A stretch of 64,000 bases of DNA, taken from contig NC_045698.1 in the NCBI RefSeq assembly GCF_009834535.1, positions 2,110,001-2,174,000 of the forward strand, written 5' to 3'. This document shows positions 25,121 to 38,016 of this stretch, piece by piece. The notes beneath the pieces are model-generated. The model worked only from the letters and a program-made list of their open reading frames with translations. It was not told the origin of the DNA and ran no database searches. How positions within the stretch are numbered: position 1 is the first letter of the stretch; every line of letters starts with the position of its first letter. A program made the position numbers and the translations under genes. This DNA is from Camelus ferus. Its lineage: Eukaryota.

Positions 25121-25874
25121 GTTACACAGCCAGGAACAATGGACCCACCGCTTTAGTGCCCGGGCCTCAAATTTGCCTTGATTTGCCAGTGTGTGTCATA
25201 GCAACACTCCCTTTGCGGGTCGGCAGAGCCTAATTACAGGATGAAGATGGATTGAGGCCTGAGCAAAGCTCGCCCGGGGACAAGTTTTTGGCTCCCCGCC
25301 CCCCATCCCGCTGGACCCTGACCCCTGGCTGCCCTGAGCGCCCACCTGACCCGGGGCTGCTGAAAGAACTGGCCGGCTCCTGGGGTCCTTTCAAGTCCCT
25401 GCAGAGGGAGGAGGCGGCCGGGGTGCAGCCCCTCTGGGAGCCAGGAAGACAGATCCTGGGACAGGGCGGAGGGCTGGCTCCGTTTCCCTGGACAACGGTG
25501 TGGAGACGTGTGACTCCAGGATCCCGGGTGAACCAAAGCCTGTCCTGGCTTGCGGCCCAGGCGGTGTCCAGGACAAGGGCTGCAGCTCTGTTCTCCTCCC
25601 TTGTAAATGGCGAGGAAAGGAACGGGTGTGAACTGGAGGAAAACTGAAGTAGCATTTCCAAAGTAAAGAGGCCGGTTCGAACAGACAAAACATGGACACC
25701 ACCGCTTATTTAAAAAAACGTGTTTTTGATCCACCCATCGGCCACTGGGGGACCCCTTCCTCAAGAACCGAGCCCCTGAGAGAGGAGAGCTGATCACAGC
25801 AGGCAAGTGCCAGGAGGATCCACGAAGGCACAGCGGTCAGACCCCCAGCGGGCAGTGGTTCTCAAAATGGCCCG

Positions 25875-26257
25875 TGTCTATGTCTCTGGTATTCAGACAC
25901 AAAGGACTGCAGTGGCCTAAAATGACAGAGCTTTACTCCCATGGTCCTGGAGGAAGTTGAAGTGTGGGCAGGGCCGTGCTGTCTCCCAGGGCTCCGGGGA
26001 GGGTCCTTCCCACCTCCTCCAGACACCTGCAGAATCCCGGGCTCAGAGATGCAGCCTGGGCTTGGGGATGAAGCCCTGGGCTTGGAGACGCACCCTGGGC
26101 TCGGAGACACACCGTGGTCTCTGAGATGCAGCCCTTCCGTGTCTGCTCCTTCTGCCCCTGCATCTCTGTTCTCTCTTTATCAGGACACCAGTCCCCAGAT
26201 AAGGTCCCTGGCTACTCCTGCAAGATGTTCTCTTAACCGATGGCCTCTGCAAAGACC
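25875..26257 (-). mobile_element. MLT1C-like MaLR LTR, left part (interrupted by an ERV LTR)
   Basis: gggcagggccgtgct...gggtccttcccacctcctccag...ctttatcaggacaccagtc...tcttaac...tctgcaaagacc; the consensus continues at 26772. Confidence 0.75.
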
Positions 26258-26771
26258 TGATAAAAGAAATGCTCCCCTCCTGAGATGTAGGGAAATCATT
26301 CTGGCTCATACAGGAGTGAACTCGAGTACCATGCTAACTGAAATAGTCTGTCTATGGCCTATCAAATGTACACTGTCTGTCTGCTTTAATCATTAAAGAA
26401 AAGGGCACTCTGACCGGAAATGAGGAAAGTCCACGTGGAAAATAAAGAGTAAATGCCCCTCTTCCCAGTGTGTCAGCGCTGGTCCTCCTGGGATGGTAAG
26501 ACCCCTCCCCGGGGCCAAGTCCAGACTGCCTGGTCACGTACATGCTGGGCTGTTTTCTCTTTGTTCCTTTGGAGACTTGAAGGACTGTAACCCTGGTTTG
26601 CTAAATGTTCTTTGTTCTGACGAGACATAAGACTGTGCTAAGAACCTGCTTCTCCGGAGCAGTTTCTTGGTGGAATCTGGGAGGTGGGCTTCCAGGCTGG
26701 TCCTCAGTTTGGCTCAAATAAAATTCTTTTCTGTCTTATTACTGATTGTGTATTAATTATTTTCACTGACA
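26258..26771 (+). mobile_element. ERV1-class solo LTR (~514 bp)
   Basis: TG...CA termini (tgataaaag...ttcactgaca); near-identical 4-bp flanks GACC/GATC; ERV1-type R/U5 text cttctccggagcagtt...gtcctcagtttggctcAAATAAAattc with AATAAA at 26717-26722. Confidence 0.75.
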
Positions 26772-26843
26772 GATCAAATTCCAAATAAGGCCCTGGGGGT
26801 CGGGTTTTGAACATATCTTTTGAAGGGACTTTATGCACCGACA
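26772..26843 (-). mobile_element. MLT1C-like LTR, right part
   Basis: ttccaaataaggcc...ttgaacatatcttttgaagggac continues the MLT1 consensus from the point of interruption. Confidence 0.7.
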
Positions 26844-27807
26844 GTGAGCTCTGACCATGATGCTAAACAGAGAACAGTCATGAAGAAGAAACCTTTCTCT
26901 CTCCCTGCTGCCTGCTTCCAAAGCCTTCTCTGTCCAAGGCACCTCTGAGCTTCCAAGACACCTCACGTGGAAGAGTGAGGAACTGCATGTGTGTGCAGAG
27001 CCTCGCCTTCAACATCGACTCAGGGAAACACTGAATCCAAGGATGAAAGGAAATATTAAGATTCAAATGAGGACAACCACACAGTAAAGACTGTTCTCAA
27101 AACTACTTCCTTCTTCCTCTGAGTTCCCACTTATGGCCGACATGTATATACTTAAGATGATGGTGCCCCCTCCTGCCTGAACGATATGGTTATCATAAAA
27201 CGTAGGTTGTTACAGAGCTAGACTGTATTGGTAGCATCTTTTCCCTTGAGAAAGAAAGTAAAAAATAGCTTGGCCACGGTTGGAGTCAGGCCCAGTTTTC
27301 ATCCTAATTTGCTTTTTGTGAGATAAACTTAGCCCCTTAGAAATACGATATTTCTTCATGGTTTGATGCTACAGTTATAATAATAAAAATCTTTGGCACT
27401 CTTCACCCTGAGAAATATTTTGAAGTCTGGAAAAAATAAAATTATTAAAAACAAGAGCAACAACAAAACTGTGATTTCACTCCAATTCCAATCCAGGGAA
27501 AATGCGGACTTCCTTCAGCATTGCTTGCCAAGGGAAATCGATGCCTTAATTGAGGGCAGTTGTCATATTTTGCAGTCTCATCTGTAGAGAGTTATTCAAA
27601 CTATCTGGGAACTAACGCACAGAAAAGGAGGAAAGAATGTGCATGGTCTGTGGTCTGACTCCTCACAGCACACCACATGGTCTATGCTAAATTTAGCCAA
27701 ATAACGTTTTCTTTCCTTTGATCTCCCATAATGGCCACAGTGCAAACTCTGGGTCACAAAACATCGAGCTGATTCTTACTGTGATGCAGGCAGCTGAGAA
27801 GTTTTTA

Positions 27808-28405
27808 ACTTTTTATTTTTTTTTCATTAAAATGTTTTTAATTGAAGTATTGTTGGTTTACAATGTTGTATTAATTTCTGGTGTACAGCTCAGTGATTCA
27901 GTTATACATACAGATTATATATATATTCCTTTTCATGTTCTTTTTCATTTTAGGCAATTATAAAGTATTGAATATAGTTCCCTGTGCTCTGCAGTAGGAC
28001 CTTGTTGTTTATCTGTTTTCTGTATGGAAGTATATAATCTGTTAATCACAAACTCCTACTTTATCCCTTCCCTCCTCCTTTCCTCCGGTAACCGTAAGTT
28101 TGTTTTCTATGTCTGTGAGTCTGTTTCTGTTTTGTAAATAAGTTCATTTGTGCCATATTTTAGATTCCACATATAAGAATTATCATGTGGTATTTTTCTT
28201 TCTCTTTCTGGCTGACTTTACTTACTATGATAATCTCCAGGTCCATCCATGTTGCTGCAAATGGCACTACTTCATTATTTTTTATGGCTGAGTAGTATTC
28301 CATTGTATAAACACACCACAACGTCTCTATCCAGCCCTCTGTCCATGAACATTTAGGCGGCTGCTCCCACATCTTGGCTGCTGTGAACACCGAGGCAGAT
28401 GTGCA
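27808..28405 (-). mobile_element. 5'-truncated LINE-1 (3' UTR plus ORF2 C-terminus)
   Basis: T-rich tail and antisense L1 3' UTR; ORF 28160-28432(-) encodes ...YTMEYYSAIKNNEVVPFAATWMDLEIIIVSKVSQKEKEKYHMIILICGI, the typical L1 ORF2p C-terminus. Confidence 0.95.
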
Positions 28406-29676
28406 GTTTCTTAAACCCTCCTTTCTCCCCATCTTGTGTTCACAGGCCTCATCTCACATTTTTCCTCCCTTTGTTAGGTCTGAACACGTCTGGAATCTTA
28501 CTAAACTGCTCCAGCTCTGAAGGCCTCTGTTCAGCTTTACCGCATGTGTTCCCCCAGACAGCTGAGTCTACAAGCAGCTCTCCTCTGGGAGGACCCGGGA
28601 GCTCCAGGCCCAGCGAGAGCCAGCAGTGCCCGTGCCACCCCTGTGGCCGGGGGGAGGGGGCGCTGCGAGTGGTGGGGGGCACAGATGCAGCCTTGTCCCC
28701 CACCCCAAGCCGGAGCCCCAGGCTCCCCACCTGAGACTGAGGCGTCCGGCTGGGGCATCGGGGGCCCCCTGGTTCACGGGAGTTGCAGGAAGCACATTTT
28801 CTCATTTCTCTGTGTGATGCTTTGACATCCTGTATCTTGCTGAGCCGAGAGGGACGGCCGCTCCCCGGCCGGCTCACACCCAGTGATACCAAGCAGTGCC
28901 TGTCAGCCTGCCTTCCACTCGCCAACCGGCCACCCCGGAGCCATACCCACCACCATCTTTCACTCTGGGCCACGGTCCTGCTGGCCTCTGCACCCCAGGG
29001 CGGGCCGTGACAGCTCAGGACAGCCCCGGGGCCCTTGGGAACTGCCCACACTGCCAGGTCTAAGGCTGCTCACCTGCCCCCTCCATTCCTTCCCACAGAA
29101 ACCACAGCGAGTAGTCCTGCCACGTCCCCCCCCACACACACTGACCAGTGCCTGCATGTGTGGCCCCACGGCAGGCTGGACCCGGCTCTGCAGGGACATG
29201 TGAGGATGAAACTTTCTTCCTCTGGGGAGAGTCATTCTGTGTCTGTGAACCCAACCATTCCCGATCCAAACAGACCCCAGACCCCCATGGAAGCAGCAGT
29301 AACGCTTAGAGTTAGAGGGCGGCCACACCCTCCTGTGTGTCTTGACGCCGGGTCAGAAGACGGCCCCTCCTTCTCACCGGATGATGGACTTCAAAGCGCC
29401 GTCCTGCCCCAGGCCCCCGTCTCCCCGGCCTCCCCGTGGGAACGCAGAGAGAGTCCCACCTGTTTCCAGGACGCCGAGTCGTCACGGTGACCCAGCCCCA
29501 CCCTGGCTGGGAGTGTCCCACCTAAAGAGGTCTGCTCAGCGAGGACTGACTTCAGCTCCGGGAGCTGGCCCAGAGGGCTCGTCCTTAGCGGACGTGGAAA
29601 TCTTCTTTTTAGATTCCTCCCTCTTTCTTCCTTTCCTTCCTTCCTTCTTTCCTTCTTTCTTACTGATTTTTTGGTA

Positions 29677-29799
29677 TTTTTTTAAAAGGGAATGGTAATT
29701 AGGTTTATCTAGTTTTCTTTTAACGGAGGTCCTGGGGGTTGAACCCAGGACCTCGTGCCTGCTAAGCACACACTCTACCACCCAGCTACACCCTCCCCC
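29677..29799 (-). mobile_element. tRNA-Ala-derived SINE (camelid vic-1-like), second copy
   Basis: Reverse complement GGGGGAGGGTGTAGCTGGGTGGTAGAGTGTGTGCTTAGCAGGCACGAGGTCCTGGGTTCAACCCCCAGGACCTCC...AAACCTAATTACC; same family as 23146-23266. Confidence 0.85.
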
Positions 29800-32423
29800 A
29801 TTTCCTATTTATTTCTTAGCTGTAAGTTGATTTATGCTTATACAAAACGGTGATTTTCACGTGGTCCATAGAAAGAGCATTCATTTCCCCTCCCAGTGTT
29901 GAAACGGAACCAACATCATGGGGAGGCAGGACCCTGTGTCCCCATTCCCTGGTTCTGTGATTACTCACCGGCCGGCCCCAGAAAAGAGGCTGAACATCCC
30001 CGAGCCTCCGTGTCCTTTCACGCAGAACCAGTGGGTTGGAGGGAGACATTCACGTTTACTCCCAGATATAAGGTTCCAGCACCCGCCACCACCTCTCGGG
30101 TTTAGACAGTTCAGTCTGTCTTGAATCACCCCAGAGGGCAGGCGGGAAAGACTCCAGAAATTGTTTTTCAAGTGACTTTATAAATATCAATAAATATCGC
30201 TAAATCAACATCCAGGTGTCAGCAGCTCACGTTCAGCCTGTTTTACTCAATGACTCGTGTTGGGTGGCAAGTCCTTTGGAAGGAGAGACGTGGGGAAATC
30301 CCAGCGAAGGGAGCTGGTTTCCTGTTGGGGGTTTGAACCTGGCGCATGCATGGTGGCTGCCACCTCTCTGATCCTACCATCTCTAACCTGCACACCCGCC
30401 TCCGGCCGGCCTGCCTGCGAGCCTGGCCAGCCCCAGCTGCATGCCTGGGGCCGGTGTCAGAGCCTGAAGGCAAGAGAGGTGCTCCTCCGTCCAGGGAACA
30501 GGCGATGTTTCATTTGAGAAGAGACGCTCATTAAGAGGAGAAAATGTGGAATTTTCTGCCCCACAAACTCAGCAACGTCAAGTATGCCAAAGCGTGGGTG
30601 TCCACATCGCTCTTTGAAATTGGAGCTGGGCCTTTGTAAATCGCCCCCACATTACCGCCTGCATCACCATGCGTGTCTGAGAACACCCCACGCACTGCGC
30701 TCACCAGACAGGAATGCTGGGCGCATGCCTCACCTCGCAGGATGAGCAGGGGGTGGGGAGGCCGGTCTGTCATCTTCCTTAAGCGCATCTCAATGACCTT
30801 CAACGCCCTCCGGCCAGCCTCCCCAGTGCACCTCCCACAACAACAATGAATCATTTGTGAGCAGATGGAGCAATTACCACCTGGAATAAAGGAGCTGGAT
30901 CTCAACAAGGGGGCGTGCCCGGGGCAGAGCTGCACAGAACTGGCTGGTGGGGAGGCCTTGGGGCTTCCATGACTCACCTGCCCAGCGCTTGGCTAATGGT
31001 TAAACAGCCAGGGGCCTCAGCTGCCCAGGCCCACGCTCGGGAGACAGTGCCAGCGCCGTCAGTGTCAGTGGGCCTGGGGACAATACACCCCTTTGTGTCT
31101 CCCACCTCAGCCCGGATTTAGTAATGTTTTCACTTACGGGGGACAAGCTCCAGCAGGCAGCGGGCGAGTGTCTGCACCGAAGGGCTGCTTTCTGGGATGT
31201 TGTAGGGGAACGTGCCCGGGGCCGGGGTGCACCGTCCTGGGAGGGAGGCAGCTCCCGAGAAGCTGTGAGCTCTCCTGCAGGACCGGGGTCCCCACGCCCC
31301 CGACCGCAGTGACACAAAGCACGCTGCGAGCAGCCTCTCTGCGGCTTCTGCAGCGAAGACTGGTTCGGGAGGCGCTGCTTTGTGTGTCTGCAGTCGGTCA
31401 CCTGAACACAGAAGCAACGCATGAGATGTGCTGGACGTCTGTCACAAGAAGTCGCCTCTCCCTTGATGAGTCACACGTTGGGAAGATTGTGCGGACCCCG
31501 GCTCCCCGGGGCCAGTTGTCCCCCACTCCCCGCCCCGTCCGTCTCCGCCACCCTCCGTCTCCCCACCCCCACCGCAACCTTCAGATCGACTTTGGGACGT
31601 CGCTGGAGGACAGGTCACCAACCCCTATGGCCTGTGTGTGTCCCTCTGTCCCCGCCCACACCGCACCTGCCATGCGTCCTTTTCTCTCCACAAAGATGGG
31701 TGAGTCACCACAAGTGACCCGGGGTGGAAACAGACACCTCCCCTCGAAGCAGATCTTCCAGCCCTAAGGTACATTTTTATTTCCCTTTTATAAAAAGATG
31801 GTGAAGTCTAATAACTGAGCGGGAGGGCCCGGCCGAGCCAGCTCACGGGACCGGCGGCCCTTCCTGGCTGGGCGAGCCCGCCGGCCTGCAGGTCCCCCTC
31901 GGGGAGGGCAGGTTGTCTACACCTGCAGAGGGGTGGAAAAGCCGCGGGGTGGAGTGTGCAGCTGCAGTGGGGGGGCTCCCTCAGCGCTGCCCCAGCTCCA
32001 GGAGTCCCTGCATCTGGGCATCTGCCTTGTGAGAACGTCCCCACAAGGAGGCCATCCCTGGACGCGGCTGGGCTCCCTGAGGACCAGCCTTGACCCCGGG
32101 GTCAGCAGAGTCATTCTGGCGCCCGGTTCTCTCGACCACTCATTCCAGGGATGGGGACGGCCTGCAGCGTGCACCCCCAAAGGGGCGGGATTACAGCGGC
32201 CAAGTGGCTGTCCACCCTGCGTTGACGTCGCCAAGAGTGAGCCACACAAGGTACTGCAGAGGGAAGGGCCTGGCTGAGGTCCTGGGTGAGGATAAGGCCA
32301 CTGCGCCTGGAGCCACGCTCTGAGGGGACAGGTGGTCACTGAGGGAACCGGGGACACCTCCTGGCCACTGTGAGTGGGGGCCCCGGAGTCCATCCTGGCA
32401 CCACAGGGAGACTGTGAGGCATG

Positions 32424-33255
32424 TTTTCTTCAATGGATGTTTTTAGGGCAGTTTTAGGTTTACAGGAAAACTGAGGGACAAGTAGAGAGAGCTCCCAGCA
32501 TTTTCCCGTACAGCCCCCAAACACAGGGACGTCCCTCCACCGTTAGCATCCTTGTCTCAGTGAGGCGCCTTTGTTACAGTTGACGAACCAATATTACCAC
32601 CATGTTATTAACTGAAGTCCGCAGTTTACATCGGGGACCATCACGTGTCGCACGTTCTCTGGGTCTGGGCACACGAGGAACGACGTGGATCCTCCATCGC
32701 CGTGCCCTACAGGGTAGTTTTGCTGCCTGAGAGCCCCCTGCGCTCCACCTGCCCGCCCCTGCCTCCTTTGCCCCCGGGCCTGCGACCACTGGTCTTTTTA
32801 CTGGTTTGCCTTTTCCAGAAAGTGTGGGGCTTCGCCAGGCTGCCTTCTGTCAATTATCAACACACATTTAAGGATCTTCGTGCCTTTTTGTAGCTCTGTA
32901 GCCCATTCCTTATTTTACCACTGAATAAGATTCCGTTGTCTGGCAGTTCCACAGTACCTGTATCCACTCACCTACTGAGGGACACCTCCGCCTTCCAGAG
33001 TTTTGGCAATTATAGACAAAGGTGCAGTGCATGCTCACGTGCAGGTTTTTGTGTGGTCGTAAGTTTTTAACTCATTTGGATAAAGACCAAGTAATGCGAC
33101 GCATGACCATTTGGTAAGAGTGTGTTTAGTTTTGTAGGAAACCACCAAGCTGTCTTCCAAGGCAGCAGTGAATTTTGCATTCTCACCAGCACTGAGTGAG
33201 AGCTCCTGTCGTTCCACATCCTCATCAGCATTGGGTGCCGTCAGGGCTTTAGACA
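32424..33255 (-). mobile_element. Ancient L1M (L1MC/MB-like) 3' fragment
   Basis: ttttagggcagttttaggtttacaggaaaactgag is an antisense L1MC-type 3' end; the 33035-33256(-) translation contains ALLGLYPNELKTY, like the L1 ORF2p PLLGIYPKELKT motif. Confidence 0.85.
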
Positions 33256-33489
33256 ATACGCGTATTAGCCATCGTCTCAGGTGTCAAGTGGGCCGTGAGA
33301 CGTTGTCACCAGAGGGTCACATGAACTGAGTGACATTTTGGAAGGATGCTCCTGGCAGCTCCGGCATGGGGTGACGGAGCTTTGAATTTCCTTTGGGAAC
33401 TCGGTAAAGGTGTCAGGCAAGACCCAGTTTTCTAATCTGAAGCTTGGGGGAGAGAGCAGACTCGGGGCTCACGCTAGAGCACCCCCAGC

Positions 33490-33782
33490 TCATGCTGACC
33501 ACTCTCTCTCTCCTCTGGCCCCGTATTTCCTACTTTTCAGGTCTCCGCTCAAATATCCCTTCCTCTCCTGCTCTCTCCGTAAGAGTACATCCTCCCCTTC
33601 CCCGGCCCACTGGATCCAGAACTTCTTGGACCTAATATCCACCCATCGGTGTGACTCCTGTAATATCTCTCATCTCCTTTGGGCGGAGGGTCTGTGAGGA
33701 CACCTGATGGCCTGTCTCATTCGCCCCCGTGCATCTGCAGGCCATCACGTATTATGCTCCCCATAAATATTTATTAAATAAA
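33490..33782 (+). mobile_element. L2 LINE 3' relic
   Basis: ttcaggtctccgctcaaatatc and a terminal ccataaatatttattaaataa resemble L2 3' segments. Confidence 0.5.
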
Positions 33783-36249
33783 CAACTTATTAAAACATAA
33801 TGTAAAATGCTTCCAGGAGTTCAGAATGAACGTACAGAGATAAGCAGACCAAGAAGTCCGACAGCGCACGGGGGCCGCCGGGCCGCGCGGTTTTCCTAGA
33901 CGTGTGCAACCAGATACCGGCTATTTCCTTTTTGTAGCTGCCCCCGTGGTTGTCACCACTGAGTCAGTGAATGTCCTCAGTCCCCTCGGCCCCACAACGC
34001 CCCCACCCCCCGCGTGGAGAGGGCGAGGCTGCCCCTCCGAGTGCCTTGTTCTCCTTTCACAGACTCAGCAGTTTTCACACCAAATGTCCGTACAAGAGAC
34101 TCAACATACGTTCAGACACTGGTAAATGGCAAGCTGGAAATTGGATCTCAACTGAGAAAGCACGGTTACTCATTTTTTCCTGACAATTTCGGGTTTGAAA
34201 AAATGATTCTGTAGCAACGTGCCATGAAAAAATGTGCTGAAGAAACTCCACAAAACACAGGCTTCCCTGCCTTGTCATCCCGAGAACGTCCCCCAAACCC
34301 AGTTTTCTGTTGGATGGGCTTGTGTGGTGTCTCAGATCTGGTCCACACCAAGCACTACCTAACGGCAGAGATGAGAGGCTGCATTTACCAAGTCTCAGCC
34401 GGCATTCCCTGAGCTGGTTCTGAAACCACGAGAGCCCCATGGACCAGCCTTGGTGTTACATGCAGGAACGCCCGCAGTGATGCACTCTGGCGTCCCGGGC
34501 CAGCCCGGCTGGCTTTGCTAACCTGAGTGTATTTCATCCCAAACCCTGCACCGCACAACATCAGCTAGCGGCGCTGGCCACGTGCTGATGACCCTGCTGC
34601 GTGCTACGGTCAGCTGACACGGCCCCTGGTTAGAGAGGTCCCAACCAGAGCCGCCCCAGGGGGCGGTGCTCCCAGCTCCCTGGGCTGCGCGACGCTATTG
34701 GTGCTGATGCGGGGTATCAGGGAAGCGAGCCGAGCATAGATGCTGCAGCCAGCAACCCCGGAAGGACCCGACCCACCATCTCCACACGGACACCCTGGCC
34801 CGCGGTGCGCTCTGCGGCCGGCCTCCCCCCGGGCCTTGGCTGTGGTGTTCGCTTTCTCTTCCTCCAGCCAGTCCTCCTTTTCTGGACTGGAAGAGCTTCG
34901 TGCGATCACTTTGTACGTCTGCATGGCGCCACCACTCTGAACAAATTGCTCACTTACATGGTATTTTCCCGTGTTCTGTAGCCATTACAGAATTTAAATA
35001 AAATATTCATATGCACTTTCTTAATTAAAACATTTTTCTTGAAGCATGTTGGTGAGCGTGGCCTCCGGCCTCCTCTTGCTCAAGGTTTGGAGACGCCCAT
35101 GCCCACCTCACTGCCCCCTCACTCCTTTGAACTCCAGTTCAAACCCTTGTCATCACAAGCCTCTTCTGCAAACCAGACCAGAGATACTGTCATCTGTGGG
35201 AAAAAAAATTACCTTTACCCTCAGAATGAGCAGTCTCATTCTGTATGACATTCTTGCCTGCATACTATTATCTTTTACTTGCCAAGAAAAGTTAAATCAC
35301 CATAAAGCTGAAATGAGAAATATTAGGATAACTTTGGGAAAAGTACGCATTTTTTTCCATTAGAAAGTAGCAATGGTATTTCAGCCCTGACGTTGTTTTC
35401 AGTAAGACAACTGTCCTAAAGTAAAAGGGGAAAAAAGAATATTTTTACATATGTATGTAAAGGTCCTGGTCCAACAACAGTGCTTTCAAAATAAGACAAA
35501 TGGGGGTGAAGCAGAGACCGCTCGGGGGCTAGAACGCGCTTACCCGAGGAGTGTTCCTCCCCTGCCCACCCCCAGCAAGCAGATCATCTTGGCCCCTGAA
35601 GCTTAGATTTGCCCGGTGGACAGCACAACTCTTATTCCTATGACAGTGAAATCAATCTTCCCCCCACAGGAAGCTAAACGGAGCAGCAAAAGGTAGTACC
35701 ACGACCCACTCCCCAGGGGCGCAGGGCGCACTCTCGGGGTCCCCGTACTTGAGACGCTCCTGCCGGGTCGGCACACGCAGCCACAGTCAGACACTGCTGG
35801 TCACGTACCAGTTGTGTTGTGATGCTGGCGGAGGCAACAGCAGCAACAAATTCTCTCAAAGAATTTATCCAAGACGTCATTCCAGCGGCTCCCCCCGGAA
35901 GCGGCCGGCCGGCCTCTGTGGCGTGTGGGCCACGTGCCACCTTACAGGGAACTTTTACACCACAGGAGGGCTCCCATATAAAAAGTGAAGTAAACTGTTA
36001 ACAAAGGCATTAATCATAAAAAACACAGTTGGAACAAATGCATGGAAATAAAGCTGATATGATATCCATTGTTTTGATGAAATCCACACCTGCGAATTGG
36101 TCAACTGGAACCCCAAGTAACTGTGAGAAACAATTAACGCCATGAAGCCCCCAGACTCATGCACTGTTTAACCCTGCAGTTAACTGAAACCATCACCCAC
36201 CCAGCCCTACGCAGACAACGTGCACCATGGAGACGCTCCTCAACAAACC

Positions 36250-36536
36250 GCTTGTACGTGGAATCTAAAAACATGACACAAATGAACTTACTCACAAAAC
36301 AGAAACGGACTCACAGACGTAGAGAACCAACTTCCGGTTACTGAAGGGGAAAGGAGGCGGGATACAGTAGGAGCCTGGGATTAGCCGGCACACACTCCTG
36401 TACGTGACACAGATGAGCAGCACTCGGCATCTTGGAATAGCCTGCGGCGGCAGAGAGCACGGAAGAGACCCTGCATGTGTGTAACTGACACCTGAAACTA
36501 ACACATCGGAAATCAATCCATGTCAATTAAAAAAAA
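36250..36536 (+). mobile_element. LINE-1 3' UTR fragment, sense orientation, with short poly(A)
   Basis: gtggaatctaaaaacatgacacaaatgaacttactcacaaaacagaaacggactcacagac...acacctgaaactaacaca...tcaattaaaaaaaa. Confidence 0.9.
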
Positions 36537-38016
36537 TTTTCTTGAAGTAGAAAAGAGAGTCACGAGTGGTTCAATAGCGTTAAAAAAAATAAAACCCACC
36601 ACCCCTGTGTGAAGTGGCCTGCTTGCGTATTCCCCAGGTTTAACACACATGTGCTGTGCGTGTTACCTGGGCTCCGAGCTCCCAGGAACTCAGTGTTGGG
36701 CAAGTGAAAATCTTTTTGGGGGAGCTGTATGGTCTCTCTCTGTTTTTCTTCCTGAGCAGGAAGGCCCGACTGGGGACAAACCGCTGTATTTTGAGGAACC
36801 CAGGCTGGCCTGCTCTCTGGCTGAGAAGAGACATAGGCTGGAAGGGGCTGGAAGGGGCTGGAGGGTGGGTTCCACCGTGTGGCAGCGAGTCCCCACATGC
36901 TCAGGACTCCTGTTTCCAGAGTGAACAAGGTGCTGAGCAGGGCTTCTGCGGAGGGGAGGGCTGCGTAAGCCTGTAACTGGAAGCTGGCAACAGAGATTTC
37001 CGTGTTTGTGTTAATTATGGTTGCACGTGCCCTGCCCGAGTGGGGTAACTAGGAATTCCAGTCTGTGGGCCACATCGTCCTCAGCTACACAATAAGAGGG
37101 TCAAAGGTCAACAACACCGCTTGCAAATCTCAGCTTCTATCCTTCATGGGGTCGTCCAGTCTGGGGAGTCAGGCTCCTGTTGGATGTGTTCAGTTTTACG
37201 TCTTTCCCTGAAAAGAGGAAGGGAACTGCCTGGTTGACTCTTATCCCGAGTGCGCGGGGAGCCCCTCCCCTACTCTGCTGTTCTGTGCAGCCCTCCTGGA
37301 GAATGCAGCGTCCCAGCCTTCAGGGGCCGGGGGCCTCTCCCAGGCAGGTGGGCGCATGCAGAGCAGCCTGGGTGCAGGGTGGTGGGGCGGCCTTTGGCCA
37401 CGGCGGGCTGACTTCCAGGCTCTGTCCCTGACACACAAAATGCCCGCCTGGGTGAGGACTGAATCCAGGGGACGTGATGACTAACAGCTGGTTTGGTTGT
37501 TTTGGCATCAATCGGACCAAGGCAGGTCCAGTGACTTACCCGCTGAGGGGGCTACAGTCAGGGCGCTGCCCCCTCCCCAAGCTTTATGATTCTGACGAGG
37601 ACAAAGCCTGCCTCATTGCTTGGCAATGTACACACAGAAAATAGATTTCCTTTTAAAGGCTGAGCCCCTGATAAGAAACGCTGCCAGCTAGTGAAGTTTC
37701 TGAGATCGGAAATAGGAAAGACCATGTTCCAACTCTCCCGCTTCCTGCCATCGCGGGCGTCTTTGCAAGAGTGAAATGATTTGGTGGAGTTTGTGGACAG
37801 CTTCACTTCCATGCTCCTGTGGTTTTGTTCCTCCTCTTGAATATCCGTGTGCGGTAGGTCTCACCACCACCATCAGCAGTGTCTGCACCCCGCCACGCAG
37901 ACTTCGCTGGGAATCCGCTGCCATCCCTCCTAAGCACACACCTCAGTTTTAACCTTCACATCTCAGACCGAAGCCAAGCATGTAAAAGCCCTGGGCATCT
38001 GTACGTGTCTGTGTGC

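Noticed and set aside
28160..28432. Functional L1 ORF2 coding sequence
   Set aside because: Only the last ~70 codons of a 5'-truncated element are present; there is no RT or endonuclease domain.
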